A stretch of 64,000 nt of DNA from a bacterium (GCA_965205845.1 CBDBIG010000003.1:110040-174039); one strand, 5' to 3'; positions 47,143-57,673 are shown, counted from the first letter of the stretch. Translations and numbers: made by a program. Notes: a model not told the origin generated them from the sequence alone.

Positions 47143-48165
47143 CTATTGCGCTGTTGCCAGCCCTATACTGGCCGCAGAGATTGGCGCCGCGGGTGCTGGT
47201 TGTTGAGGCTTGGCTTGGCGAGCAATCCAAGCGTAGGTGATTCTTAGCCCCTCCACTAAAGCACGGGAGGGTGCCCAGTCGAGTTCTTGTTGAATCAAGC
47301 GATTATCCGAGTTGCGCCCGCGCACTCCAGTAGGGCCTGGGATGTGGCGAAGGCTGACGCTTTTATTGGCCACCCCCATTACCATTTTAGCCAAAGCGTC
47401 AATGGTTAGCATTTCTTCTGACCCAATATTGACGGGTCCCGCAAAATTTGGCGAGCGCATTAAGCGTAAACTTCCCTCGATGCATTCGTCTACGTACAAA
47501 AACGAGCGCGTCTGCCGCCCATCACCCCAGATATCAATGCTCCCCCCGTCTTCACTCAAGGCAATTTTTCGACACAAGGCTGCCGGGGCTTTTTCACGTC
47601 CACCGTCCCAGGTACCTTCTGGACCAAATATATTGTGGTAGCGCGCCACGCTACAGTTCATGCCATAACACCGATTGTAGGCAAGGTATAGACGCTCACT
47701 AAATAACTTCTCCCAGCCATACTCACTGTCTGGTGCGGCCGGGTAGGCCGAATTTTCGCGGCACAAAGGATTATTGGGATCTTCTTGGTTATGGGCGGGA
47801 TACATGCAGGCAGAAGAAGAATAAAACACATTCTTGATGGAGCGCTTATAGCAAGCATCGAGCATGTTTAAGTTAATGCTTGCAGAGTTGTGCATAATAT
47901 CTGCGTCGTTCTCGCCCACAAAAATAAACCCCGCCCCTCCCATATCTGCCGCCAGTTGGTATACCTCGTCAAATTTGCGGTCCACCACCTGCCGACAAGT
48001 GGTCTGATCACGCAAATCCCCCACCACAAAATCATCCGCCTCGCTTTCAACATACTCATGCATTTTCAAGTCAACGCCTCGTACCCAAAAACCCTCGCGC
48101 TTCAAACGCTTAACCAAATGTCCACCAATAAACCCCCCTGCACCACATACCAACGCTGTCTTCAT
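47143..48165 (-). CDS. NAD-dependent sugar-nucleotide epimerase (GDP-mannose 3,5-epimerase-like SDR)
   Basis: Rossmann motif VCGAGGFIGGH, catalytic YGWEK (YxxxK), and HNIFGPEGTWDGGREKAPAALCRK..WGDGRQTRSFLYVDECIEG. Confidence 0.8.
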   Translation of the reverse strand: MKTALVCGAGGFIGGHLVKRLKREGFWVRGVDLKMHEYVESEADDFVVGDLRDQTTCRQVVDRKFDEVYQLAADMGGAGFIFVGENDADIMHNSASINLNMLDACYKRSIKNVFYSSSACMYPAHNQEDPNNPLCRENSAYPAAPDSEYGWEKLFSERLYLAYNRCYGMNCSVARYHNIFGPEGTWDGGREKAPAALCRKIALSEDGGSIDIWGDGRQTRSFLYVDECIEGSLRLMRSPNFAGPVNIGSEEMLTIDALAKMVMGVANKSVSLRHIPGPTGVRGRNSDNRLIQQELDWAPSRALVEGLRITYAWIARQAKPQQPAPAAPISAASIGLATAQ

Positions 48166-48261
48166 AACACCCTTTTTTTAAATATAACACCCTTTTTTTA
48201 AATTTTTTTTAGAATAACCCCCACCTGCCCTAATATGTTTGCTACCAACGTTTGGTAACAT

Positions 48262-48432
48262 CAACCCATGGGACCTCCCAAGTCAGAGGATTGTGCCTCA
48301 CAATTTTGGCAGACACAACCCATGGGACCTCCCAAGTCAGAGGATTGTGCCTCACAATTTTGGCAGACACAACCCATAGGACCTCCCAAGTCAGAGGATT
48401 GTGCCTCACAATTTTGGCAGACACAACCCACG
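48262..48432. repeat. Tandem array, 54-bp unit x ~3.2
   Basis: CAACCCATGGGACCTCCCAAGTCAGAGGATTGTGCCTCACAATTTTGGCAGACA restarts at 48262, 48316 and 48370, with a partial copy at 48424. Each unit contains the palindrome ATTGTG-CCT-CACAAT. Confidence 0.95.
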
Positions 48433-48714
48433 ATAACACACGTTATCTGCAAATGCTTTCTCAAATTTGTAAGGTTTTGGTGCCCCCACCCCAACGCTTA
48501 AGGCCATGCTCTAAAAAGTGCCTTGGCAAACACCTAAACGCGGGCTCTCACAAATACCATGCACATCGATTCACCCTTTTTGCGACACGTTTACTTGCCC
48601 AACCCATCTTTATTCAGACCCCACTCGCTTTCAATTTGCACAGATCGACTTATAAGGAATTAGGGAAACGGATCTCATGCGAACCACCTATTATCCAAAC
48701 GGCCACCCCCAACA

Positions 48715-50170
48715 CCCCGCAGAATTGCTTTGGCAGGGATCTTTTTGGATAAGCTAATGGCTTTAGCCTCCGTTACCACAAAGGAAGACTTTGATGCGAT
48801 GTTACTGGCTCGAAGGACAGAGCATTTTAACCAAGGCTAAGGGCACCTAAAATCGCTATCTCTCCCGAGTTATGTTCCTTTGTGCAGGCCATGGATGCAA
48901 GCGGTCCATGGTAGCCTTTTGCCTTTGGTGCTTGCGGCCAGTGCGCCTAAAGGGCTCGTGGCACAGGTGTGCTATCAACAATGGATCGCGGTTTGTAAGC
49001 AGCAGTTAGACCAACTAAGGGCCTGTCGATGCGGTTTATTTATGTAACCATGGGGCAATGCCGCGGAGAGGGTGGTGACTCGAAAGATGCTCTCATTGCA
49101 AAGCAAATTCGCCAATGGGTGGGGCCTCATATTCCCATTGTGGTAACCTTTGGCCTACACGCAGAACCTATCCCCCCAATTGGTCGAGGCGGTTGACGTG
49201 GTGATTGGCTACCAAACCAACCCCCATGTGGATATGCGTGAGCGGGGTCGTGAGGCGGCCTTCGCATTACGGCAAATCCTCGCAAGGGCAAAGCACGCCT
49301 CAAATGGCTGCCTTGCGCTTACCTCTTGCTCCTCTTTACAGTTGGTTTGCTCACTGCAGAAGGTCCCTATGGTGAGACCATTTCCTTTTTGCAAAGGCCC
49401 AGGCAAGAAAGGGGGGATGCCGTTTTAACTGCCTCATTCTTTGGGGGGTTTTGTTTTGGCGGATACCATGGATTGTGGCATGCATGTGGTGGCAGCTGGA
49501 CGCCATGCCTTGGAACCCGCCAAGCGTTTGGTGCGTGAGGCGGCAGATTTTTGCTGAGATTGCAGGCAATCCCCGGAGGCGGTGGTAGCAGGGCAAGTGG
49601 TCCATTTGTTAAAAGCTTTTGTACAAGCAGGGGTTCAAAACGCCTTGATGGGGGCATTTTTTGATGTCGATTTGGCCAAGCAAGCCCACGCGGGTGGGGG
49701 AGGGCGCGCGCTTTACCGCCATTTTTAATGCTTCTAAACGGTCTACAGGCAAGCCTCGTCCATCCCCCGCAAAAGGTGAGCCCTACCACGTAGAGGCAGA
49801 AGTACTCCAATTGTATGCTCCCAACAAAAATGGCCCTGTGGTGGATGAACTGGGGCTTTATGCAGGAATCGCTTTAAAACTGGGCCTGTGCTGCGCCCTG
49901 CGCATTGGGGGGATTACGGTGGCCGTTATCTCTTTGCGCGCACAAGCAGCGGATCCCGTTTTTTTTCACCTGTTTGGCCTCGATATTGGGGCTGCGCACA
50001 CCGTTGTTGTAAAGTCGCGAGGAGTGATTTAGATAGGGCAGGCTTTGCCCCTTGGTTTGCCAGTGAACATGTGGTTGAGGTGGATTCTCCGGGGCTAACC
50101 TCGCCCGTATTGGAGCGCTTACCTTTGGATAAGGATTGCCCCGCCCCATTTTTCCATTGGATGGCGATAC
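48715..50170 (+). pseudogene. MlrC-like (M81 family) peptidase gene, heavily decayed
   Basis: Family-like fragments lie in several frames: RRIALAGIFLD..TTKEDF (no start codon) ; GDSKDALIAKQIRQWVGPHIPIVVTFGLHAEP ; NLSPQLVEAVDVVIGYQTNPHVDMRERGREAAFAL ; GGITVAVISLRAQAADPVFFHLFGLDIGAAHTVVVKSRG ; VVEVDSPGLTSPVLERLPLDK. Stops and frameshifts separate them. Boundaries are approximate. Confidence 0.65.
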
Positions 50171-50433
50171 CCGGTTTGAAATTCCTCAATAACCCAACAA
50201 CACACTTTTCGTGTCGCTTTTTTTGCCAGGCCATCACAAAAACCTTGACAGGATACAAAATATGAGACATGAGATAGCGTGGGTTGCTTTTAGCTAAGGA
50301 GATTGTGCTACCCGCTTACCGGCCTGATCGTCCCATTTTGAAAAGAAACTGTTCCAAGTGTCGATAGGCATATCCCCAAACATCTCCGTTCCTAATTAAA
50401 CCTCCATTTTTATCATAAGAAAGCGTTTGTAAA

Positions 50434-52053
50434 ATGATGAACCGTATTACACAAACATACACACAAAGGGTTGCCCTGCTTGCCACGCTGGCGGTTGCTT
50501 TGTTGATTGTTGCCATGCCTGTGCAAGCCAAAGACCTGCGCATTGCACTGGCGTCGGAGCCCAGTTCAATGGACCCGCATTACCATAATTTGGCACCAAA
50601 CAACGCGGTCGCCAGATCCATTTTTACACCTTTGATCTTGACCGATGAGAAGCAACGCCTTACGCCTGGCTTGGCGACTTCCTGGCGCCCGGTCAATCAA
50701 ACCACATGGGAGTTTAAACTGCGCAAAGGGGTGAAGTTTCATGATGGCACGCCTTTTAGCGCAGATGATGTGGTGTTTACCTTTAAGCGTGCGGCCAATG
50801 TACCCAATAGCCCCAGCAGCTTTGGCACTTACTTAAAGGGCAAAAAAGTCGTTAAAGTCAACCAGTACACGGTGCGCATTGTTACCGCAAAGCCTTATCC
50901 CTTAATGCCCAATGATATGTCAACTTTTGTTGTTATTTCTTCGAAAATTGGCAAAAATGCCAGCACAGAAGACTACAATACGGGCAAGACAACCATTGGG
51001 ACGGGTCCGTTTAAGTTTGTAAAATGGGTCCCTGGGGATAGCATTGTTTTAAAGCGCAACAAAAATTACTGGGGCAAAAAGCCCGAGTGGACAAACGTTA
51101 CCTTAAAAGCCATTAAATCGGGACCAACCCGCGTGGCGTCGTTGCTGGCCGGGGATGTGGACATGATTGAGGGCGTACCCACCACGGATATTGAGCGGTT
51201 AAAGCGTAATAAAAAACTAGACCTCTCTCAGGGTATCTCCAATCGGGTAATTTACCTCCATTTAGACCATGACCGTCGGGCCTCCCCCTATGTAAAAAGT
51301 GCCAGTGGCGGTTCGATTGATAACCCATTGCGTAAACTCAAAGTGCGCCAAGCTATTTCCATGGCGATTAACCGCGATGCCATTGTGAAGCGTGTGATGG
51401 AAGGTGTGGCCATTAAAGCGGGTCAATTGCTGCCCGAAGGTTTTTTTGGGGTTAGTAAAAAACTCAAACCCGTTCGATATGACCTCAAGCGTGCCAAGCA
51501 GTTGTTAAAGGAAGCGGGCTACCCTAAGGGCTTTCAACTCACCATTCATGGACCCAATGATCGCTACATTAATGATGCCAAAATTGCCGAAGCCGTGGCA
51601 CAGATGCTGACCCGTGCGGGTATTAAAACCTCGGTGGAAACCATGACGCGTTCCGTTTTCTTTTCGAATGCTTCGCGTGGTGGACCCAATAAAACCCCTA
51701 AATTCTCCTTTATTTTGGTGGGTTGGGGTGCTGGTTCTGGCGAGGCATCTTCGCCATTAAAATCCTTGTTGCACACTTATGATAAAAGCCGTGGTTTTGG
51801 TGCTTCCAATCGTGGGCGTTACTCCAACCCCAAGCTCGATGAATTGCTTGAAAAAGCCTTGGCCACCGTGAATGACAAAAAACGCGCTGCGTTGCTTGCA
51901 CAGGCCACTGAAGTGGGCATTAAGGATGTAGGCATTATTCCCTTGCACTACCAAGTGAATACTTGGGCGGCACGCAAAGGCATCCGCTATAAGGCACGTA
52001 CTGATGAAGGCACTTTGCCCGATTCGGCTTACTCCGTAAACGCGGGATACTAG
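50434..52053 (+). CDS. ABC transporter substrate-binding protein, family 5 (peptide/nickel type)
   Basis: 539 aa. Signal peptide LLATLAVALLIVAMPVQA. Typical family-5 N-terminal block LRIALASEPSSMDPH... Confidence 0.85.
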   Translation: MMNRITQTYTQRVALLATLAVALLIVAMPVQAKDLRIALASEPSSMDPHYHNLAPNNAVARSIFTPLILTDEKQRLTPGLATSWRPVNQTTWEFKLRKGVKFHDGTPFSADDVVFTFKRAANVPNSPSSFGTYLKGKKVVKVNQYTVRIVTAKPYPLMPNDMSTFVVISSKIGKNASTEDYNTGKTTIGTGPFKFVKWVPGDSIVLKRNKNYWGKKPEWTNVTLKAIKSGPTRVASLLAGDVDMIEGVPTTDIERLKRNKKLDLSQGISNRVIYLHLDHDRRASPYVKSASGGSIDNPLRKLKVRQAISMAINRDAIVKRVMEGVAIKAGQLLPEGFFGVSKKLKPVRYDLKRAKQLLKEAGYPKGFQLTIHGPNDRYINDAKIAEAVAQMLTRAGIKTSVETMTRSVFFSNASRGGPNKTPKFSFILVGWGAGSGEASSPLKSLLHTYDKSRGFGASNRGRYSNPKLDELLEKALATVNDKKRAALLAQATEVGIKDVGIIPLHYQVNTWAARKGIRYKARTDEGTLPDSAYSVNAGY

Positions 52054-52133
52054 CCATAGCCCGGGGGGGGGTATAAAAGGCGGTTTTAATGTGGATTAAA
52101 GTCGCCTTTTGCCTCCCTCCCGCACGTGCTGGC

Positions 52134-52362
52134 AAAGCAACGCAACGCAGTGCTCACCCAGCCATACAACCCCGTTTTTACCAATGCAAATTGCAACGCA
52201 ACACAGTGCTCACCCAGCCATACAACCCCGTTTTTACCAATGCAAATTGCAACGCAACACAGTGCTCACCCAGCCATACAACCCCGTTTTTACCAATGCA
52301 AATTGCAACGCAACACAGTGCTCACCCAGCCATACAACCCCGTTTTTACCAATGCAGATTGC
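52134..52362. repeat. Tandem array, 56-bp unit x ~4
   Basis: The AGTGCTCACCCAGCCATACAACCCCGTTTTTACCAATGCAAATTGCAACGCAACAC phase restarts at 52149, 52205, 52261 and 52317. Lies between the SBP gene and the first permease gene. Confidence 0.95.
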
Positions 52363-52589
52363 CACCTACCCCATGATGAAATTTATCAGCAACGATGATG
52401 ATAGACGAGTCGGCTGTTGTAAACATTGGGTTTTTTGTGCATTTCCTTATGATTCCCCCCATGCGGATCCTCCCTTTTCACACAAAATTGCCGAACGTCC
52501 TGTATCCCTAACGGCTTAAAATCGAAAGTCAATCAAAAGTCTTTTTCCCCATTTTTTACCCCCTGCTCAAGCAGTCCATGTTGTAAATT

Positions 52590-53561
52590 ATGCTCGTTTT
52601 TATTATCCGTCGCACCATGCAAAGTGCTATTGTTGCGCTGTTTATGTCTGTCATTGTGTTTTTTGGCATCAATGTGGTGGGCGACCCTGTTGATGCGCTC
52701 ATTAACCCCGAAGCAGATCAAGAGGATATCGAGAAAGCCATAAAAGCATTGGGGCTGGACAAACCCATTTGGGAACAATACCTCGTTTTTCTCAAAGGGA
52801 TTACTCAGGGCAACTGGGGCAAATCGTTTGTATTTGGCACTCCCGCCTTAAAATTGATTATAGAACGGATGCCTGCAACCTTTGAATTGGCTTCGTGCTC
52901 CATGCTTATTGCCGTGTTGCTGGGCATCCCGCTGGGTGTGATCGCGGGGCTGCGGCACGAAAGTGCGATTGGGCGATCGATTATGAGTTTTTCTATTTTG
53001 GGGTTTTCGCTACCCACCTTTTGGGTAGGGCTGATGCTCATCCTTATTTTTGCGGTGCACCTTGGTTGGTTGCCTGCTACAGGGCGGGGTAGTACGCAGC
53101 TGTTGTTTGGCGTTCCCGTCTCGTTTTTATCATGGGATGGCTTACAGCACCTTTTTTTACCCGCCCTAAACCTTGCACTGTTTAAGTTGGCATTGGTTAT
53201 TCGGCTGGCGCGTGCTGGCACTAAAGAGGTAATGCATCAAGACTATATCAAATTTGCACGCGCCAAAGGTTTGAGCAACCAGCGCGTGGTGTTGGTACAT
53301 GTAATGAAGAACATTATGATTCCAGTGGTAACCGTGCTTGGTCTTGAACTGGGAGGCGTCATTGCCTTTGCCGTGGTGACCGAAACCATTTTTGCCTGGC
53401 CTGGAATTGGAAAACTCCTCATTGACTCCATTCAAATTTTGGATCGCCCTGTGGTGGTTGCCTATTTAATCATTACTGTTTTAATGTTCATCGTCATCAA
53501 TTTATGTGTTGATATTATCTACTCCATCCTTGACCCTCGGGTAAGGTTGCAGGAGTCTTAA
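52590..53561 (+). CDS. ABC transporter permease (DppB/OppB-like)
   Basis: 323 aa, multi-TM. Conserved block ..YIKFARAKGLSNQRVVLVHVMKN. Confidence 0.88.
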   Translation: MLVFIIRRTMQSAIVALFMSVIVFFGINVVGDPVDALINPEADQEDIEKAIKALGLDKPIWEQYLVFLKGITQGNWGKSFVFGTPALKLIIERMPATFELASCSMLIAVLLGIPLGVIAGLRHESAIGRSIMSFSILGFSLPTFWVGLMLILIFAVHLGWLPATGRGSTQLLFGVPVSFLSWDGLQHLFLPALNLALFKLALVIRLARAGTKEVMHQDYIKFARAKGLSNQRVVLVHVMKNIMIPVVTVLGLELGGVIAFAVVTETIFAWPGIGKLLIDSIQILDRPVVVAYLIITVLMFIVINLCVDIIYSILDPRVRLQES

Positions 53562-53595
53562 AAAAAATAACAAGGAATACCTTTGTAATAGGTCT

Positions 53596-54522
53596 ATGAT
53601 GAATGCCTTTGCCTCAACGGCCAAAGATGAGCAAGCGCCACCCCCCGAAAAAACCTTGCTGGTTTCCTTTGCCCACGATTTTTTCCAAAGCAAAATTGCC
53701 AGCATTGCGTTGGTGCTGTTTTTGAGCATCCTCATTCTCGCCTTGTTTGCCCCGCTGATTTCACCTCAAAACCCCTACGACCTTGCCTTGGTAAGCGTAT
53801 TGGATGCAAGGTTGTCCCCGGGGGAGTCTTCCTTTGAAACGGGTTTGGTCTTTTTGTTGGGGTCTGATGGTGCAGGACGCGATGTGCTAAGTGCCATTTT
53901 ATATGGCTTGCGTACCAGCTTGTTTGTGGGGTTAATGAGCGGATTTTTGGCCATGGTCATCGGGATGACCGTGGGTCTGATTGCGGCTTATTTTGGAGGT
54001 AAGGTCGAAACTTTCATCATGCGCTTCGTGGATATGCAGCTCTCTTTCCCTGCTGTGCTGATTGCGTTGGTGTTGGTTAGCATTTTAGGCAAAGGGGCGG
54101 ATAAGGTAATTATTGCCTTGGTGGTGGTACAATGGGCGTATTATGCACGTACTGTGCGGGGGTCTGCTTTGGTTGAGCGGCGCAAAGAGTACATTGAGGC
54201 GGCCCGTTGCCTTGCCTTAAGCCCTTTGCGCATCGTTTTTCGACATTTGCTTCCCAATTGCCTCCCCCCTTTGATTGTGGTGGGTGCTGTGCAGACTGCC
54301 CATGCCATTTCTTTGGAGGCTACCCTCTCATTTTTAGGGATTGGTTTGCCCCAAACCGAGCCTTCTTTAGGGCTCCTTATCTCTAATGGGTATGAATATT
54401 TATTGTCTAACAAGTATTGGATTTCAGTGTTCCCAGGGGTTGCATTGCTATTGCTCATCGCCTCACTGAACCTGGTGGGTGACCATTTAAGAGATATTTT
54501 AAACCCAAGGCTACAGCGATGA
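53596..54522 (+). CDS. ABC transporter permease (DppC/OppC-like)
   Basis: 308 aa, multi-TM. Blocks LLGSDGAGRDVLS and EYIEAARCLALSPLRIVFRHLLPN. Confidence 0.88.
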   Translation: MMNAFASTAKDEQAPPPEKTLLVSFAHDFFQSKIASIALVLFLSILILALFAPLISPQNPYDLALVSVLDARLSPGESSFETGLVFLLGSDGAGRDVLSAILYGLRTSLFVGLMSGFLAMVIGMTVGLIAAYFGGKVETFIMRFVDMQLSFPAVLIALVLVSILGKGADKVIIALVVVQWAYYARTVRGSALVERRKEYIEAARCLALSPLRIVFRHLLPNCLPPLIVVGAVQTAHAISLEATLSFLGIGLPQTEPSLGLLISNGYEYLLSNKYWISVFPGVALLLLIASLNLVGDHLRDILNPRLQR

Positions 54523-55490
54523 AGACAGCACCCGTTGTGCTGGAGGTTAAAAACCTAAGCACCCACTTTGCAACCAAGCAGGGCATTGCCAAGGCCGTGG
54601 ATGGGGTTAGTTTTTCCCTGAAACAAGGGGAGGTGCTGGGTTTGGTTGGCGAGTCGGGTTCGGGGAAATCGGTTACGGGGTTTTCTATTTTAGGGCTGGT
54701 TGACCCCCCTGGAAAGGTGGTTGGGGGTTCGATTAAATTACAAGGTGAGGAGATCGTTGGTGCAGACGATGCACTACTGCGCCAGATGCGTGGTCCCAAA
54801 ATGACCATGATTTTTCAAGACCCCATGATGACTCTCAACCCTGTACTGCGAGTCGATACCCAAATGGTTGAGGCGGTCCAGGCTCACGAGAAAGTGTCGC
54901 GCCAGGCGGCACTGAGCCGCGCCGAGCAGTCCTTAAACCAGGTAGGCATTCCTTCACCAAAAGAAAGGCTAAAAGCCTACCCCCATGAGCTTTCTGGTGG
55001 TATGCGACAACGGGTGGCCATCGCCATCGCCATGTTGCACCGTCCCGCATTAATTATTGCAGATGAGCCCACCACCGCTTTGGACGTAACCATTCAAGGG
55101 CAAATTTTGTACGAAATGCAAAAACTGTGTGCCGACACGGGGGCTGCACTGATTTGGATTACCCATGATTTGGCTGTGGTAGCAGGCTTGGCAGATCGCT
55201 TGGCCGTAATGTACGCTGGGAGCATTGTTGAACTAGGGGGTATTGATGAGGTGTTGGATATGCCCTGTCATCCCTACACCCATGGTCTTATTAACTCCGT
55301 TCCAAATGAGCAGCAACTGGGCAAGACCCTCTTTCAAATCCCGGGGATGGCGCCGTCTTTGTTAAACCTGTCCCAAGGTTGCGCATTCCAACCGCGTTGC
55401 CCGCGGGCCCTCGAGCAATGTACGCAGGTGCCGCCGCTCAAAGAATCGACCAAAGGCCGTTTTGTACGCTGTTATAATCCTCATCTTTAA
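54519..55490 (+). CDS. ABC transporter ATP-binding protein (DppD/OppD-like)
   Basis: Walker A GESGSGKS, signature LSGGMRQR, Walker B IIADEPTTALD, C-terminal oligopeptide-type extension. Overlaps the upstream permease gene by 4 nt. Confidence 0.9.
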   Translation: MKTAPVVLEVKNLSTHFATKQGIAKAVDGVSFSLKQGEVLGLVGESGSGKSVTGFSILGLVDPPGKVVGGSIKLQGEEIVGADDALLRQMRGPKMTMIFQDPMMTLNPVLRVDTQMVEAVQAHEKVSRQAALSRAEQSLNQVGIPSPKERLKAYPHELSGGMRQRVAIAIAMLHRPALIIADEPTTALDVTIQGQILYEMQKLCADTGAALIWITHDLAVVAGLADRLAVMYAGSIVELGGIDEVLDMPCHPYTHGLINSVPNEQQLGKTLFQIPGMAPSLLNLSQGCAFQPRCPRALEQCTQVPPLKESTKGRFVRCYNPHL

Positions 55491-55514
55491 AAATCTCATT
55501 TCCCCTTAGCGTGT

Positions 55515-56552
55515 TTGGTTTTAGTTTTAAAAATGCCTTCTCCAAGTTCAACGAACACCAAAAAGATTACCCCGTTGGCCCATGCCGATGCTGTTTCCAA
55601 GCGTTTTGTGAATCGCTTGGATATGGCCGCCAAAATAGGGCGCATGCTGGGGGCCAAGGTAAACGAAAACGTGGTCCATGCAGTTGACGGCGTCGATGTT
55701 AAGGTTTATGAGGGCGAAGTGGTAGGCTTGGTTGGGGAGTCAGGCTGTGGAAAATCGACTTTGGGGCGCGTAATGGTGGGTTTGCTACCCCCTAGTGAAG
55801 GCAAGGCACACTACCAAGGGATTGATATATACACCCAAAAAGAGCGTTCGATTCAACTCAAATCGCAGATGATTTTTCAAGATCCTTTCGCCAGTCTAAA
55901 CCCACGTATGCGGGTTAGGCAAATTGTGAGCGAAGCACCACTGGCACATGGCATCATTGACAAGCCACAGGCCGGAGAGTACACAGCAGAGATGCTTGAA
56001 CGCGTGGGTCTCGATCCCAGTTACCACAACCGATTTCCGCATCAATTTTCGGGAGGCCAACGTCAACGCTTGGGAATTGCCCGTGCATTGGCCGTGGAGC
56101 CGCGGTTTTTGGTTTGCGATGAAGCCGTTGCTGCATTGGATGTCTCGATTCAAGCGCAAATTCTCAATTTATTTATGGATTTGCGCCAAAAATATAACCT
56201 AACCTATCTGTTTATCAGCCACGACCTCTCGGTGGTGCGCCATATTTGCGATGAAGTGGTCATTATGTATTTGGGTCGTGTGGTCGAAAAATCACCCGCA
56301 AAAGCGCTGTTTGATACACCCAATCACCCTTACACCCAAGCCCTGCTGGAGGAAGCCCCAAAGATTAACCTGCGCAAACGTACTTATCAACCCATTAAGG
56401 GTGAGATCCCCTCGCCCCTCAATCCGCCAAGCGGCTGCCATTTTCACCCGCGTTGTGCTTTTGCAAAGGAACGCTGTCGCATGGAGTACCCCAAACTCAT
56501 TCAAATCAAGGGAGAAAATAGATTTTCTGCCTGCCATTTAAATGAAGCATAG
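55515..56552 (+). CDS. ABC transporter ATP-binding protein (DppF/OppF-like)
   Basis: Walker A GESGCGKS, signature FSGGQRQR, Walker B LVCDEAVAALD. Confidence 0.9.
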   Translation: MVLVLKMPSPSSTNTKKITPLAHADAVSKRFVNRLDMAAKIGRMLGAKVNENVVHAVDGVDVKVYEGEVVGLVGESGCGKSTLGRVMVGLLPPSEGKAHYQGIDIYTQKERSIQLKSQMIFQDPFASLNPRMRVRQIVSEAPLAHGIIDKPQAGEYTAEMLERVGLDPSYHNRFPHQFSGGQRQRLGIARALAVEPRFLVCDEAVAALDVSIQAQILNLFMDLRQKYNLTYLFISHDLSVVRHICDEVVIMYLGRVVEKSPAKALFDTPNHPYTQALLEEAPKINLRKRTYQPIKGEIPSPLNPPSGCHFHPRCAFAKERCRMEYPKLIQIKGENRFSACHLNEA

Positions 56553-56749
56553 GCAAACCATGTACTGACACGGCCAAAAAATAAAATGAACCCCCTTTGA
56601 TGCATAATCGATTGAGCTGCTTATGCCAAATGCCCTTATCGCGATAACGTCCGCCCCTTTTTTGTGGAATAACTCTCCAAGGTCACATGCATGCATGTGA
56701 TGCTTGTGATACGCCCGATAAAGCGCAACGATAGAAATAATAAAGGATT

Positions 56750-57673
56750 ATGCTAAAACCACACGAGGCCCATCCCGCGGCGGGTGCGCGACGCTTGCGC
56801 ATGGAAAAAGTGAATGTCACCCCCGCCCACAAAACCTTGCCCCATCCAGCAGGATCCGGCCCGCGCATTTTTGCCGACAGCGCCAACATAACCGAGATTA
56901 AGCCCTTAAAAGAGGGCGGAATCATTCACGGAGTTACCACCAACCCCACCTTGCTTAAGCGCGCGGGAGCTAACTCGTGGCAAGATGCGGTGCAAAAAAT
57001 GGGTGACATATGCCAATTCATGCACCCTTTTCCAGTCTCTCTTGAATTGACGGCACTCGATCCTGAGGCTATGCTGCAGCAAGCCCATGAATTGGCCTCC
57101 TTAAATGACAATGTGGTCATTAAAGTACCCGTAGGTGGTTACGGGGCCCTCGGCAAAAACCCCTTTACAGGCTTGCAGGTCATTCGCCGTTTGTGGGAGC
57201 GCGATATTAAGGTGAATGCCACTTTGATTTTTAACACCACCCAAGCTTTTTGGGCAGCCAACGCAGGAGCAAGTTATGTATCTCCCTTTTTAGGGCGCCT
57301 GGCGGACCACCTTTACAAATACGATCACCCCGAGCGTGAAAGAGGGAATGCGCTCCATTTTATTGAGAACCATAAGGTTCCCGCAGGCGGGGTTGAGCGG
57401 GTGGCCAATACCCATTACGTGGCCAGTGGCGGTGCGCGCAAAGATGCAGGCATTCGCTTGATTCAAGAGATCATGGCTGTGTTTAATGCTTATGCCATTC
57501 ATACTGAGGTGCTTGCGGCTTCGCTGCGCCATGCAGCGCAAGTGAGCGAGTGCTTGTTGGCGGGGGTGGATATTTTAACCGTTCCAGCACCCATTCTTAT
57601 GGGAGTGGCAGACCACCCCTTAAGCGATGAGGGGATGCGCATGTTCTACGAAGATGCCAAGGCGTTTGCCTAA
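56750..57673 (+). CDS. Transaldolase-family protein (TalC/fructose-6-phosphate-aldolase-like) with an internal insertion
   Basis: IFADSANITEI..GVTTNPTLL, Schiff-base Lys context VVIKVP, NATLIFN..AGASYVSPFLGR. The N-terminus is uncertain (candidate start at 56801, or a TTG closer to RIFADS). Confidence 0.7.
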   Translation: MLKPHEAHPAAGARRLRMEKVNVTPAHKTLPHPAGSGPRIFADSANITEIKPLKEGGIIHGVTTNPTLLKRAGANSWQDAVQKMGDICQFMHPFPVSLELTALDPEAMLQQAHELASLNDNVVIKVPVGGYGALGKNPFTGLQVIRRLWERDIKVNATLIFNTTQAFWAANAGASYVSPFLGRLADHLYKYDHPERERGNALHFIENHKVPAGGVERVANTHYVASGGARKDAGIRLIQEIMAVFNAYAIHTEVLAASLRHAAQVSECLLAGVDILTVPAPILMGVADHPLSDEGMRMFYEDAKAFA

